From assembly GCA_965649225.1 (NCBI GenBank), contig CBFGJX010000012.1, positions 9,119 through 73,118 of the forward strand: a stretch of DNA of 64,000 nucleotides. The letters run 5' to 3'. The notes below the pieces were generated by a model that was not told the origin of the DNA, ran no database searches, and saw only the letters and a list, made by a program, of their open reading frames with translations. This document shows positions 47,377-55,693 of the stretch, piece after piece. Position 1 is the stretch's first letter. Each line of letters opens with the position of its first letter. Position numbers and translations under genes: made by a program. Source of the DNA: a candidate division WOR-3 bacterium (lineage in GTDB: Bacteria; Hydrothermota; Tepidihabitantia; Tepidihabitantales; Tepidihabitantaceae).

Positions 47377-47954
47377 CGCGGGATCTGCTGTTTTCTTCTT
47401 TCGGCCATGCTTTGCTGCTGCTGATTGCGGCGGCAGTTACCAGTCGCAGTCCGGTGCGGGACATGCGTCGGCCGCCGGTCATTGCCGTCCGGCTGCCGCC
47501 CGGTGGCGAAGTACAGCCGCAACCCCGACCGGAAAAGAAGCAGGCGGAGGTCGTTGAACCCAAACCCAAGGCTCAGAGCGCACCCAAGCCAGCGACGCAG
47601 CCCAAGCCGGTAGAGCAACAGAATCAGGTTCGCCGGTTCGGTCTCGGAGTTAACATCGAGGGGGCCGAGGCGCTGGGGTACTCATACTACCTTACTCGGA
47701 TGCTGGAGATGATCAATGCCAACTGGCTGAATCCGTATGCCGGGCAGGCGATCAGCCGCAGTGCGACGATTGTCTTTCTGATTGAGAGAGACGGCGTCAT
47801 CAGCGATGTTCGTATAGAAAAGTCCTCCGGCGACCGGGCTTACGACCTGTCATGTGAAAGGGCGGTGAAAGTTACCGAAAAGCTGCCGCCTTTGCCGGCC
47901 GATTTTGCCGGGCCGCGGCTGAAACTGCACCTGGAGTTCGAGCAAAAACCCTGA
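47373..47954 (+). CDS. tolA: Short TolA/TonB C-terminal domain protein
   Basis: TM helix with SxxxH (SSFGH), Pro/Lys/Gln-rich linker, I..NW, SSGD..YD, LPPLP. Confidence 0.75.
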   Translation: MTRDLLFSSFGHALLLLIAAAVTSRSPVRDMRRPPVIAVRLPPGGEVQPQPRPEKKQAEVVEPKPKAQSAPKPATQPKPVEQQNQVRRFGLGVNIEGAEALGYSYYLTRMLEMINANWLNPYAGQAISRSATIVFLIERDGVISDVRIEKSSGDRAYDLSCERAVKVTEKLPPLPADFAGPRLKLHLEFEQKP

Positions 47955-48012
47955 ACGTCGGCACCGGCAAAGCTGGTGTTGACAGCGCGGCCGGGGCGGA
48001 GTAAAGAAGTCC

Positions 48013-51000
48013 GTGCCCAGCAAAACCGCAACTGCCAGTTTCGTGCACCTGCACAACCATTCTGAATTCAGCCTTCTTGACGGGGCGTCGCGGATTGAGG
48101 ACATGGTCAAGCTCGCGGCGGAATTCGGGATGCCGGCTTTGGCAGTTACCGACCACGGCAATCTCTTCGGGGCAATCCGTTTCTTCAAGGCTGCAGAAAA
48201 AGCCGGGGTGAAACCGATTGTCGGAGCCGAGGTTTATGTTGCCCCCGGGGACCGGCGGGAACGGAAGCAGTATCCGGGCATTGGCGACGCCAGTTTTCAT
48301 CTGACGCTCTTGTGCCGTGATGAGACCGGTTGGCACAATCTGATGAAACTGGTATCGCTGGGCTGGCTGGAGGGGTTCTATTACAAGCCGCGGATCGATC
48401 GCGAACTGCTGGCCCAGCATGCGGCCGGCCTGATCGGCCTGTCGGGTTGTCTTAAGGGTGAGGTTGGTCACTGGCTGCTGCGTGATGAGGCCGAGCAGGC
48501 AATGACGGCCGCGGCGGCCTATCAGGCAATCCTCGGTCCGGAAAACTTCTATCTCGAGGCGATGCGTTCCGGACTGCCTGAGCAGGAGAAGATTATTCCC
48601 GGGCTGAAGGAAATCAGCGCAGCACTGGGGATTCCAATCGTTGCTACCAACGACTGTCACTACCTGCGACCCGAAGACGTGCGGGCGCACGATGCGCTGG
48701 TGTGTATTCAGACCGGCCGACGGATGAAGGACACCGGCCGGCTGTCAATGGCCGGTGCCGATTTCCATTTCCGTTCGCCGGAGGAGATGCTGCAGGTCTT
48801 CGCTGATATGCCCGATGCGGTCAAGCGCACCCGGGAGGTGGCCGATAAATGCAACCTGAATCTGGACCTTTCGCGCAAGCGTTTCTATCTGCCCCGGTTC
48901 GACCCGCCGCCGGAGTTTGAAGACGCCGACAGCTATCTGGAACATCTTGCCCGTACCGGCCTGCGCCGTCGTTATTCCCGGGTGACGCCGGCAGTGGAAG
49001 AACGGCTTGCCCGTGAGCTGGCGGTTATTCGTGCCACCCGCTTTGCCGGCTATTTTCTCGTCGTACGCGATATCATTGCCGCAGCGCGCGAGCGGGGTAT
49101 CCCGGTCGGACCCGGCCGGGGCTCAGCGGCAGGCAGTCTGGTCCTCTACTGTCTGGGTATTACCGACATTGACCCGCTGCGCTACGGGTTGCTCTTTGAG
49201 CGTTTCCTGACCAGCGAGCGGGTAACGCTGCCTGATATCGATGTTGATTTCGCCGATGACCGCCGGCAGGAAGTGATTGACTATATTCGTCAGCGTTACG
49301 GTGCCGACTCGGTAGCCCAGATTATCACCTTCGGTACGATGCAGGCGCGGGCCGCTGTTCGCGATGTCGGTCGCGTGCTGGAGATTCCCATCGGTGACGT
49401 CGATCGCATTGCCAAACTGATTCCGGTCGGGAGCGAGCTGGGCGAGGCACTGGAGGAAAGCAGCGAACTGCGGGCAGCGGTTGCCGAAAAGCCGGAGTTC
49501 GGCGAGATGATTGATATTGCCCGGCGGATAGAGGGTCTTCATCGTCATCCGTCAATCCATGCTTCGGCGGTCGTCATCGCTCCGCGGCCGTTGCTGGAAC
49601 TGGTGCCGCTTTACCGGTCGTCCGATGCCGGTGTCTGCACTCAGTTTGACATGCACTCGCTGGAAGACGTCGGGCTGTTGAAGATGGACGTTCTCGGTCT
49701 GCGGACGCTGACGGTGGTCGAGGAGACCAACCGGCTCGTTCGCGAAGGCGGTCATAGTTTCGACTTCAACCAGCTGCCGCTGGACGATGCCGCGACTTTC
49801 CGGCTGCTGCAGCGGGGCGAGACCGTCGGCGTATTTCAGCTGGAGAGCAGCGGGATGCGGGACCTGGTGCGTCGGATGATGCCGGACCGGCTGGAGCACA
49901 TCATCGCGATCATTTCGATGTACCGGCCCGGGCCGATGGACCTGATACCGCGCTATCTTGCCCGCAAGGCAGGAAAAGAGCAGATTGAATACGAACACGA
50001 GCTGCTGGAGCCGATCTGCCGCGAGACCTACGGCATTCTGATTTATCAGGAACAGGTAATGCAGGCGGCACAGGCGCTGGCCGGATTTACCCCAGGCAAG
50101 GCCGACCTGCTGCGGTGGGCGATGGGCAAGAAGAACGTCGAACTGATGCGAACGCTCCGGCCGGACTTCATCGCCGGCTGTCAGCAGCACAACCGCATTC
50201 CCGCCAGCCGTGCCGAAAAGATTTTCGAGCTGCTTGCCAGCTTTGCCGGTTACGGGTTCAACAAGTCACATGCCGCCGGCTATGCTTATCTTTCCTACGT
50301 TACCGCTTATCTGAAAGCGCACTTTCCGGTCGAGTTTCTTGCCGCCACGCTGACGAGCGAACTCGGAGACTCGAAACGGCTGGCCCAGCTCGTTCAGGAA
50401 GCACGCCGGATGGGCTTGGAGCTGCTCGGACCGGACATCAACCGCAGCGAGGTCCGTTTCAGCATCGAGGACGGGGGCATCCGTTTCGGGCTTGCCGGTA
50501 TCCGAAATCTGGGCGAGGGTGCCAGTGAAGCGATTGTCCGTCAACGCCGGGAGCATGGTGATTTTCGCGGTCTGGCTGACTTCCTTACCCGGATGCGCGG
50601 TACCGTCAACCGCAAGGCGGTGGAGTCGCTGATCAAGGCGGGTGCGTTCGACAGTCACAATCCGGACCGTGCCCAGCTGCTGGCCGGTCTTGATGCCGAA
50701 CTGGCCCGGGCCGGTTCCGAGCGGCTGCGCTACCTGGAACGGCAGACGGCGCTGTTTGAATCCGCGGCACCGCTCAACGAGCCGGTCGTGGCAGTAGAAT
50801 ACAACAACGATATTCGGCTGGCCTACGAGAAGGAGGCGTTCGGGTTCTGGTTTTCTTCGCATCCGCTTGAGCCGCTGCGGCCGGTCTATGAAGCGCTGGG
50901 GCTGAAATCGAGCAGTGAACTGGGGACACTGCGTGACAACGAGACGGTTGCCGTCGGTGGAGTGGTGACGCAACGGCGGGCGCGGCGGGGCAAGGACGAC

Positions 51001-51510
51001 CGGGAGTACTTTATCATCACGCTGGACGACTTCGACGGCAGCGTCGAGGTGATGGTCTTTACTGACCAGCTTGAAACCTGCCGGGCGCTGCTGAAGCTTG
51101 ACAGCATCGTTGCGGTCCAGGGCCGGGTCAAGGTCCGGGCCGAGGGCGGCTCGGGCGTACCGCAGATCTGGGCCAGTCAGGTATTGCCGCTGGCCGAGTG
51201 CAGTCGCTATCTGCGCGTGCTGGCGGTGGAGCTGGAAGAAGACCAGCTCGATGAGCTGGTTCTGCGCAAACTGCAGGAACGACTGGCGGCCAGTCCGGGC
51301 GAAACACCGGTCTGGCTGCGGTTGCGTCGGCGTGATGACAGCTGGCGCAGTTTTCAGCTGCTGGACTGGCGTGTCAGAGTCGATAACGCCCTGCTCGCCG
51401 ACCTTTCCCGGATCGAGAACATCCGGGCAGTGAAGGTCAAGGGCGAGCTGCCGAGCTGCAACGGTAACAACCGGCGGCGGTCACCGCGGTCGCGGAAGGC
51501 CGGTCAGTAA
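48013..51510 (+). CDS. dnaE: DNA polymerase III alpha subunit
   Basis: PHP domain HLHNHSEFS, GPGRGSAAGS, PDIDVDF, KMDVLGL, YGFNKSH, OB fold; clamp motif QTALF. Confidence 0.98.
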   Translation: MPSKTATASFVHLHNHSEFSLLDGASRIEDMVKLAAEFGMPALAVTDHGNLFGAIRFFKAAEKAGVKPIVGAEVYVAPGDRRERKQYPGIGDASFHLTLLCRDETGWHNLMKLVSLGWLEGFYYKPRIDRELLAQHAAGLIGLSGCLKGEVGHWLLRDEAEQAMTAAAAYQAILGPENFYLEAMRSGLPEQEKIIPGLKEISAALGIPIVATNDCHYLRPEDVRAHDALVCIQTGRRMKDTGRLSMAGADFHFRSPEEMLQVFADMPDAVKRTREVADKCNLNLDLSRKRFYLPRFDPPPEFEDADSYLEHLARTGLRRRYSRVTPAVEERLARELAVIRATRFAGYFLVVRDIIAAARERGIPVGPGRGSAAGSLVLYCLGITDIDPLRYGLLFERFLTSERVTLPDIDVDFADDRRQEVIDYIRQRYGADSVAQIITFGTMQARAAVRDVGRVLEIPIGDVDRIAKLIPVGSELGEALEESSELRAAVAEKPEFGEMIDIARRIEGLHRHPSIHASAVVIAPRPLLELVPLYRSSDAGVCTQFDMHSLEDVGLLKMDVLGLRTLTVVEETNRLVREGGHSFDFNQLPLDDAATFRLLQRGETVGVFQLESSGMRDLVRRMMPDRLEHIIAIISMYRPGPMDLIPRYLARKAGKEQIEYEHELLEPICRETYGILIYQEQVMQAAQALAGFTPGKADLLRWAMGKKNVELMRTLRPDFIAGCQQHNRIPASRAEKIFELLASFAGYGFNKSHAAGYAYLSYVTAYLKAHFPVEFLAATLTSELGDSKRLAQLVQEARRMGLELLGPDINRSEVRFSIEDGGIRFGLAGIRNLGEGASEAIVRQRREHGDFRGLADFLTRMRGTVNRKAVESLIKAGAFDSHNPDRAQLLAGLDAELARAGSERLRYLERQTALFESAAPLNEPVVAVEYNNDIRLAYEKEAFGFWFSSHPLEPLRPVYEALGLKSSSELGTLRDNETVAVGGVVTQRRARRGKDDREYFIITLDDFDGSVEVMVFTDQLETCRALLKLDSIVAVQGRVKVRAEGGSGVPQIWASQVLPLAECSRYLRVLAVELEEDQLDELVLRKLQERLAASPGETPVWLRLRRRDDSWRSFQLLDWRVRVDNALLADLSRIENIRAVKVKGELPSCNGNNRRRSPRSRKAGQ

Positions 51511-51514
51511 GTCT

Positions 51515-52453
51515 TCAGTCCAACTGTTTGTCCGAGTCGGGGACAACCAGTGCGGTGAGGCGGCGGATGCGGTCTTCGATCGGCGGGTGGGTGGCAAAGA
51601 GTGACAAGGCGCCGGCGCCAAACGGATTGGCAATGAACAGATGGGCGGTGGCGCTGGAAGCCGAGCGGAGGCGGCCGGAAAATGCCCCGAGCTTGGCCAG
51701 GGCCGAGGCAAGGCCGTTGGGGTTGCGGACAATCAGTGCACCGGCGGCGTCGGCAAGGTACTCGCGCTGACGCGACACCGCGGCACGGATCAACGCCACA
51801 AACAGCGGGGCGAGAATCGCCAGCACCAGCCCAACCAGTCCGATAACGATGCCTACCTGACCGCCGCCGCGGCTCGAACTGCGCCGGTCGCGGCGGCCAC
51901 CCCAGAAAAATCCCCAGCGCAGGAAGATGTCGCGAAACAGCACAATCAGTCCGCCGACGATGGCGACAACGGTCATCAGCAGGATGTCGTAGTTGCGGAT
52001 ATGGGCGACCTCGTGGGCGATGACTCCCTGCAGTTCCTCGCGGTTCATTGTCTCGAGCAGGCCGCGGGTAACTGCCACCGCGGCATGAGCGGGATTGCGG
52101 CCGGTGGCAAAGGCATTGGGGGCCGGGTCGTCGATTACATATACTGCCGGTTTCGGAATGCCGGCGGCAATGGCGACTTCTTCGACGACGTTGTGCAGCA
52201 GGCGGAACTCAGCCGGGTCGGCGGGCCGGGCACGGTTGACGGCGAGGGCGAGCCGATCGGAATTGTAGTAGAGCACCAGATTGTAGATGATGACAAACCC
52301 GGCAAACAGAGCGTAGGCTTCGATGCCCCAGCCAAAGTACCAGCCCAGTGCCAGCCCGACAATGCCAAGCAGCAGGGTTATCAGCGCAATAAAAAGCGCT
52401 GTTTTCAGCCGGTTGGCTGCAATCAGCTGATAGAGATGTCGCCGTTCGGGCAA
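51515..52453 (-). CDS. htpX: Zinc metalloprotease HtpX (M48)
   Basis: PNAFATG, HEVAH, SRQREYLAD, THPP. Confidence 0.92.
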   Translation of the reverse strand: MPERRHLYQLIAANRLKTALFIALITLLLGIVGLALGWYFGWGIEAYALFAGFVIIYNLVLYYNSDRLALAVNRARPADPAEFRLLHNVVEEVAIAAGIPKPAVYVIDDPAPNAFATGRNPAHAAVAVTRGLLETMNREELQGVIAHEVAHIRNYDILLMTVVAIVGGLIVLFRDIFLRWGFFWGGRRDRRSSSRGGGQVGIVIGLVGLVLAILAPLFVALIRAAVSRQREYLADAAGALIVRNPNGLASALAKLGAFSGRLRSASSATAHLFIANPFGAGALSLFATHPPIEDRIRRLTALVVPDSDKQLD

Positions 52454-52464
52454 GGTCTTGCCGG

Positions 52465-53016
52465 TCAGAACTGGACTTTCGGCGCCGTTCGCTCCGATTC
52501 AGGCACCGAATAGAACTCGGCCGGTTCAAACCGGAACAGGCTGGCGAAAATGTTGGCCGGGAAGACTTCGCGCGAGTTGTTGTAGTCCATCACGACATCG
52601 TTGTAGAACTGCCGGGCAAAGGCGATCTTGTTCTCGGTGGTCGTCAGCTCTTCCTGCAGTTTGAGGAAGTTTTCGTTGGCTTTGAGGTTGGGGTAGTTCT
52701 CAACCACGGCGAACAGCGTCTTCAGTGTATCGGAGAGCATGTTGTTCGCCCGGGCCGATTCAGCCGGTGACTTGGCGTTGATTGCCAGCGAACGGGCTTC
52801 GGCAATCCGTTCAAAGATTGCCTTTTCGTGGGCGGCATAGCCCTTGACGGTCTCGACCAGATTCGGAATCAGGTCAATCCGGCGTTTGAGCTGGACATCA
52901 ATCTGGTGCCAGCCGTTTTTTACCCGGTTGCGCTTGATTACCAGCGAATTGTAGATGCTGATGGCAATCACCGCCAGCAGGCCGACCGCAGCCAGTATTA
53001 CTATCAGTGCAATCAT
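52465..53016 (-). CDS. lemA: LemA-family protein
   Basis: [42 protein letters not shown]. Confidence 0.95.
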   Translation of the reverse strand: MIALIVILAAVGLLAVIAISIYNSLVIKRNRVKNGWHQIDVQLKRRIDLIPNLVETVKGYAAHEKAIFERIAEARSLAINAKSPAESARANNMLSDTLKTLFAVVENYPNLKANENFLKLQEELTTTENKIAFARQFYNDVVMDYNNSREVFPANIFASLFRFEPAEFYSVPESERTAPKVQF

Positions 53017-53037
53017 TGTCTAACTCCTTGGACTGCA

Positions 53038-53065
53038 ATTCTAACCTGCGCCAGCCGACTGTCAA
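53038..53065 (-). promoter_or_regulatory. sigma70 promoter of lemA-htpX
   Basis: TTGACA-N16-TAGAAT. Confidence 0.75.
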
Positions 53066-53176
53066 ACCATCGGACCGACTGCGGCGTCATTCGCGGCTCC
53101 GTTCCGGCAGTGGCCGGCACCCGGGGCAGCGAATACCGCCTGTCAGCGGGCGGTGCCGGGCAGGATGGCTGCTGGC

Positions 53177-53204
53177 TTGACCACCGTCTGGTTTCCCATA
53201 TATT
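53177..53204 (+). promoter_or_regulatory. sigma70 promoter of crt-thiolase-tsaE
   Basis: TTGACC-N16-TATATT. Confidence 0.7.
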
Positions 53205-53243
53205 GGCCCTGACCGCCCGCACCGGGGCGGCGCAGGAGGCACA

Positions 53244-54017
53244 GTGGATTTCAAGTATCTGATACTGGACCAGGTCGACGGTATCGGCTGGCTGCGATTC
53301 AACCGGCCGCCGGTGAATGCGCTCTGTACCGAACTGGTGCTGGAACTGGAGCGGGCAGTGGACAATTTCGCCCGGCAGGCTGATGTCAGGGCGATTGTGC
53401 TGACCGGGGCCGGCAAGGCATTCGTCGCTGGCGCCGATATCGCCGAGATGTCGTCGTTCACCCCACTGCAGGCGCGGGCTTTTGCCCAGGCGGGACATCG
53501 CACCCTGACAAAGCTGGCCGGTATTGAAAAGCCGACAATCGCGGCGATCAACGGTTACGCCCTGGGAGGCGGGTGCGAGGTCGCGTTGGCATGCGACATC
53601 AGGATACTGGCCGAAGGGGTCAGGATCGGTCAGCCCGAGGTCAATCTCGGACTGATCCCCGGTTTTGGCGGTACGCAACGACTGGCGCGACTCGTCGGAC
53701 CGGGCATTGCCAAGGAACTGATTTTTACCGGCGATGCGCTCGATGCCGCCGAGGCACTGCGGATCGGGCTGGCGAACCGGGTTGTGCCGGCGGACAAGCT
53801 GCTGGAAACCGCGACCGAGCTGGCCCGGAAGATCAGCAGCCGGGGGCCGACCGCAGTGCGGCTGGCCAAGACCTGCATAAACCGGGGGCTGGATTGCGGG
53901 CTGGAAGTCGGCAATGCGCTGGAAATAGAGGCGTTCGGTGTCTGTTTCGGCACTGGGGAGCCGGCCGAGGGTACGAAGGCATTTCTGGAAAAGCGCCCGC
54001 CGGTCTGGCCGGCGTGA
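53244..54017 (+). CDS. crt: Enoyl-CoA hydratase (crotonase)
   Basis: AFVAGADI, ALGGGCE, GQPEVNLGLIPGFGGTQRL. Confidence 0.92.
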   Translation: MDFKYLILDQVDGIGWLRFNRPPVNALCTELVLELERAVDNFARQADVRAIVLTGAGKAFVAGADIAEMSSFTPLQARAFAQAGHRTLTKLAGIEKPTIAAINGYALGGGCEVALACDIRILAEGVRIGQPEVNLGLIPGFGGTQRLARLVGPGIAKELIFTGDALDAAEALRIGLANRVVPADKLLETATELARKISSRGPTAVRLAKTCINRGLDCGLEVGNALEIEAFGVCFGTGEPAEGTKAFLEKRPPVWPA

Positions 54018-54077
54018 GGCGGCACTGAACGTGATGCGGGACAGATTCCCGGCAGAAGGTCAGGAAAGGAGTAGACG

Positions 54078-55274
54078 ATGACAATCGGCAAGGCCAAGGA
54101 TACGGTGATAGTTGGTGCGGCGAGGACTGCAATCGGCCGCTTTCTGGGCGGGCTGGCCGGTTTGCGCGCACCCGACCTGGGAGCGGTGGCAATCCGGGCG
54201 GCAGTTGAGCGTGCCGGTATCAGACCGGCCGATGTTCAGGGCGTAATCATGGGCAATGTCTGTCCGGCCGGCATCGGACAGAATCCGGCACGGCAGGCGA
54301 CGATTCATGCCGGACTACCAAGCGAAACCCCGGCGCTGACCGTCAACAAGGTCTGCGGTTCCGGGATGATTGCCGCAGCACTGGCCTGTCAGATGATCAA
54401 GGCCGGCGACGCCCAGGTGATTGTCGCGGGCGGAATGGAGTCGATGTCCAACGTGCCGTACTACCTCAAGTCGCTGCGGGGCGGCAACAAGATGGGTGAT
54501 GCCAAGCTGCAGGACGGTATGATCTACGACGGCATCTGGGACTATTTTGGTAACGTGCACATGGGCGAGCTGGGTGATTTCACTGCCCAGCATGCCGGCA
54601 TTACCCGTGAAGAGCAGGACCGCTGGGCGGCAGACAGTCATGCCAAGGCGGTGGCGGCAATCAAGGCGGGCAGATTCAAGGCGGAAATCGCGCCGGTAAC
54701 CATACCGCAGAAGAAAGGTGAACCGGTGGTCTTCGACACCGATGAAGGCCCGCGGGCAGACACGACCTACGAGAAACTGGCGGCGCTGAAACCGGTATTC
54801 ACCAAAGACGGCACAGTCACCGCCGGCAATGCTTCGTCAATCAACGACGGCGCTGCGGCGCTGGTGCTTTGCAGCGAACAGTGGGCCCGCGCTCAGGGGC
54901 TCAAGCCGCTGGCACGGGTCAATGCCTACGCTACCGGTACGGTCGAGCCCAAGATGCTGTTCTTTGCGCCGATTACCGCCGTGCGCAACCTGCTGGCGGT
55001 GCAGGGTGTCGACATCGGGCATTACGACCTGATCGAGATCAACGAGGCGTTCGCATCGCAGACCCTTGCTGACGGCAAGGCGCTGGGCTGGGACTGGAAC
55101 CGGGTCAATGTCAACGGCGGGGCGATCGCACTCGGCCATCCGATTGGCTGTTCCGGGGCGCGAATCATCGTTTCGCTGATTTATGCCCTGCGCGACCGCG
55201 GCAAGAAGACCGGACTGGCCACGGCCTGTCTGGGCGGTGGTGAGGCGACCGCATTCAGCCTGGAGCTACTGTAG
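54078..55274 (+). CDS. Acetyl-CoA C-acetyltransferase (thiolase)
   Basis: [28 protein letters not shown]. Confidence 0.96.
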   Translation: MTIGKAKDTVIVGAARTAIGRFLGGLAGLRAPDLGAVAIRAAVERAGIRPADVQGVIMGNVCPAGIGQNPARQATIHAGLPSETPALTVNKVCGSGMIAAALACQMIKAGDAQVIVAGGMESMSNVPYYLKSLRGGNKMGDAKLQDGMIYDGIWDYFGNVHMGELGDFTAQHAGITREEQDRWAADSHAKAVAAIKAGRFKAEIAPVTIPQKKGEPVVFDTDEGPRADTTYEKLAALKPVFTKDGTVTAGNASSINDGAAALVLCSEQWARAQGLKPLARVNAYATGTVEPKMLFFAPITAVRNLLAVQGVDIGHYDLIEINEAFASQTLADGKALGWDWNRVNVNGGAIALGHPIGCSGARIIVSLIYALRDRGKKTGLATACLGGGEATAFSLELL

Positions 55275-55282
55275 CCGAAGTA

Positions 55283-55693
55283 TTGGAGCGACAGACCAGC
55301 AGCGCGGCCGAGACCATCGCGTTCGGCCGCGCGCTGGCTGAGCGGCTCGGCCCCGGCGCGGTCGTGGCGTTCTATGGCGACCTCGGCAGCGGCAAGACGA
55401 CAATGATCAAAGGTGTTGCCGCCGGGCTGGGAGTCAGCGAAACGGTGCGCAGCCCTTCGTTCGTAATCGTCACCGAGTATCAGGGCTGGCTGCCGGTGTA
55501 TCACATTGACCTGTACCGGCTTGATGACCCGGCGGCGCTGGAGGGTATCGGGCTGGAAGAATATCTGCTGGGCGACGGCGTCTGTCTGGTGGAATGGGCC
55601 GAGCGGGCCGAAAAGCTGCTGCCGGCCGACACCATTCAGGTTCGACTGGCGGTAACCGGCGGCGGCCGGACAATCAGCGTCAGCTTCCCCTAG
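55283..55693 (+). CDS. tsaE: t6A37 biosynthesis ATPase TsaE
   Basis: GDLGSGKT, SPSF, HIDLYRL, VEWAE. Confidence 0.93.
   Translation: MERQTSSAAETIAFGRALAERLGPGAVVAFYGDLGSGKTTMIKGVAAGLGVSETVRSPSFVIVTEYQGWLPVYHIDLYRLDDPAALEGIGLEEYLLGDGVCLVEWAERAEKLLPADTIQVRLAVTGGGRTISVSFP

Noticed and set aside
48013..51510. Possible intein or split in dnaE
   Set aside because: Length (1165 aa) and motif order are normal; no intein splice motifs seen
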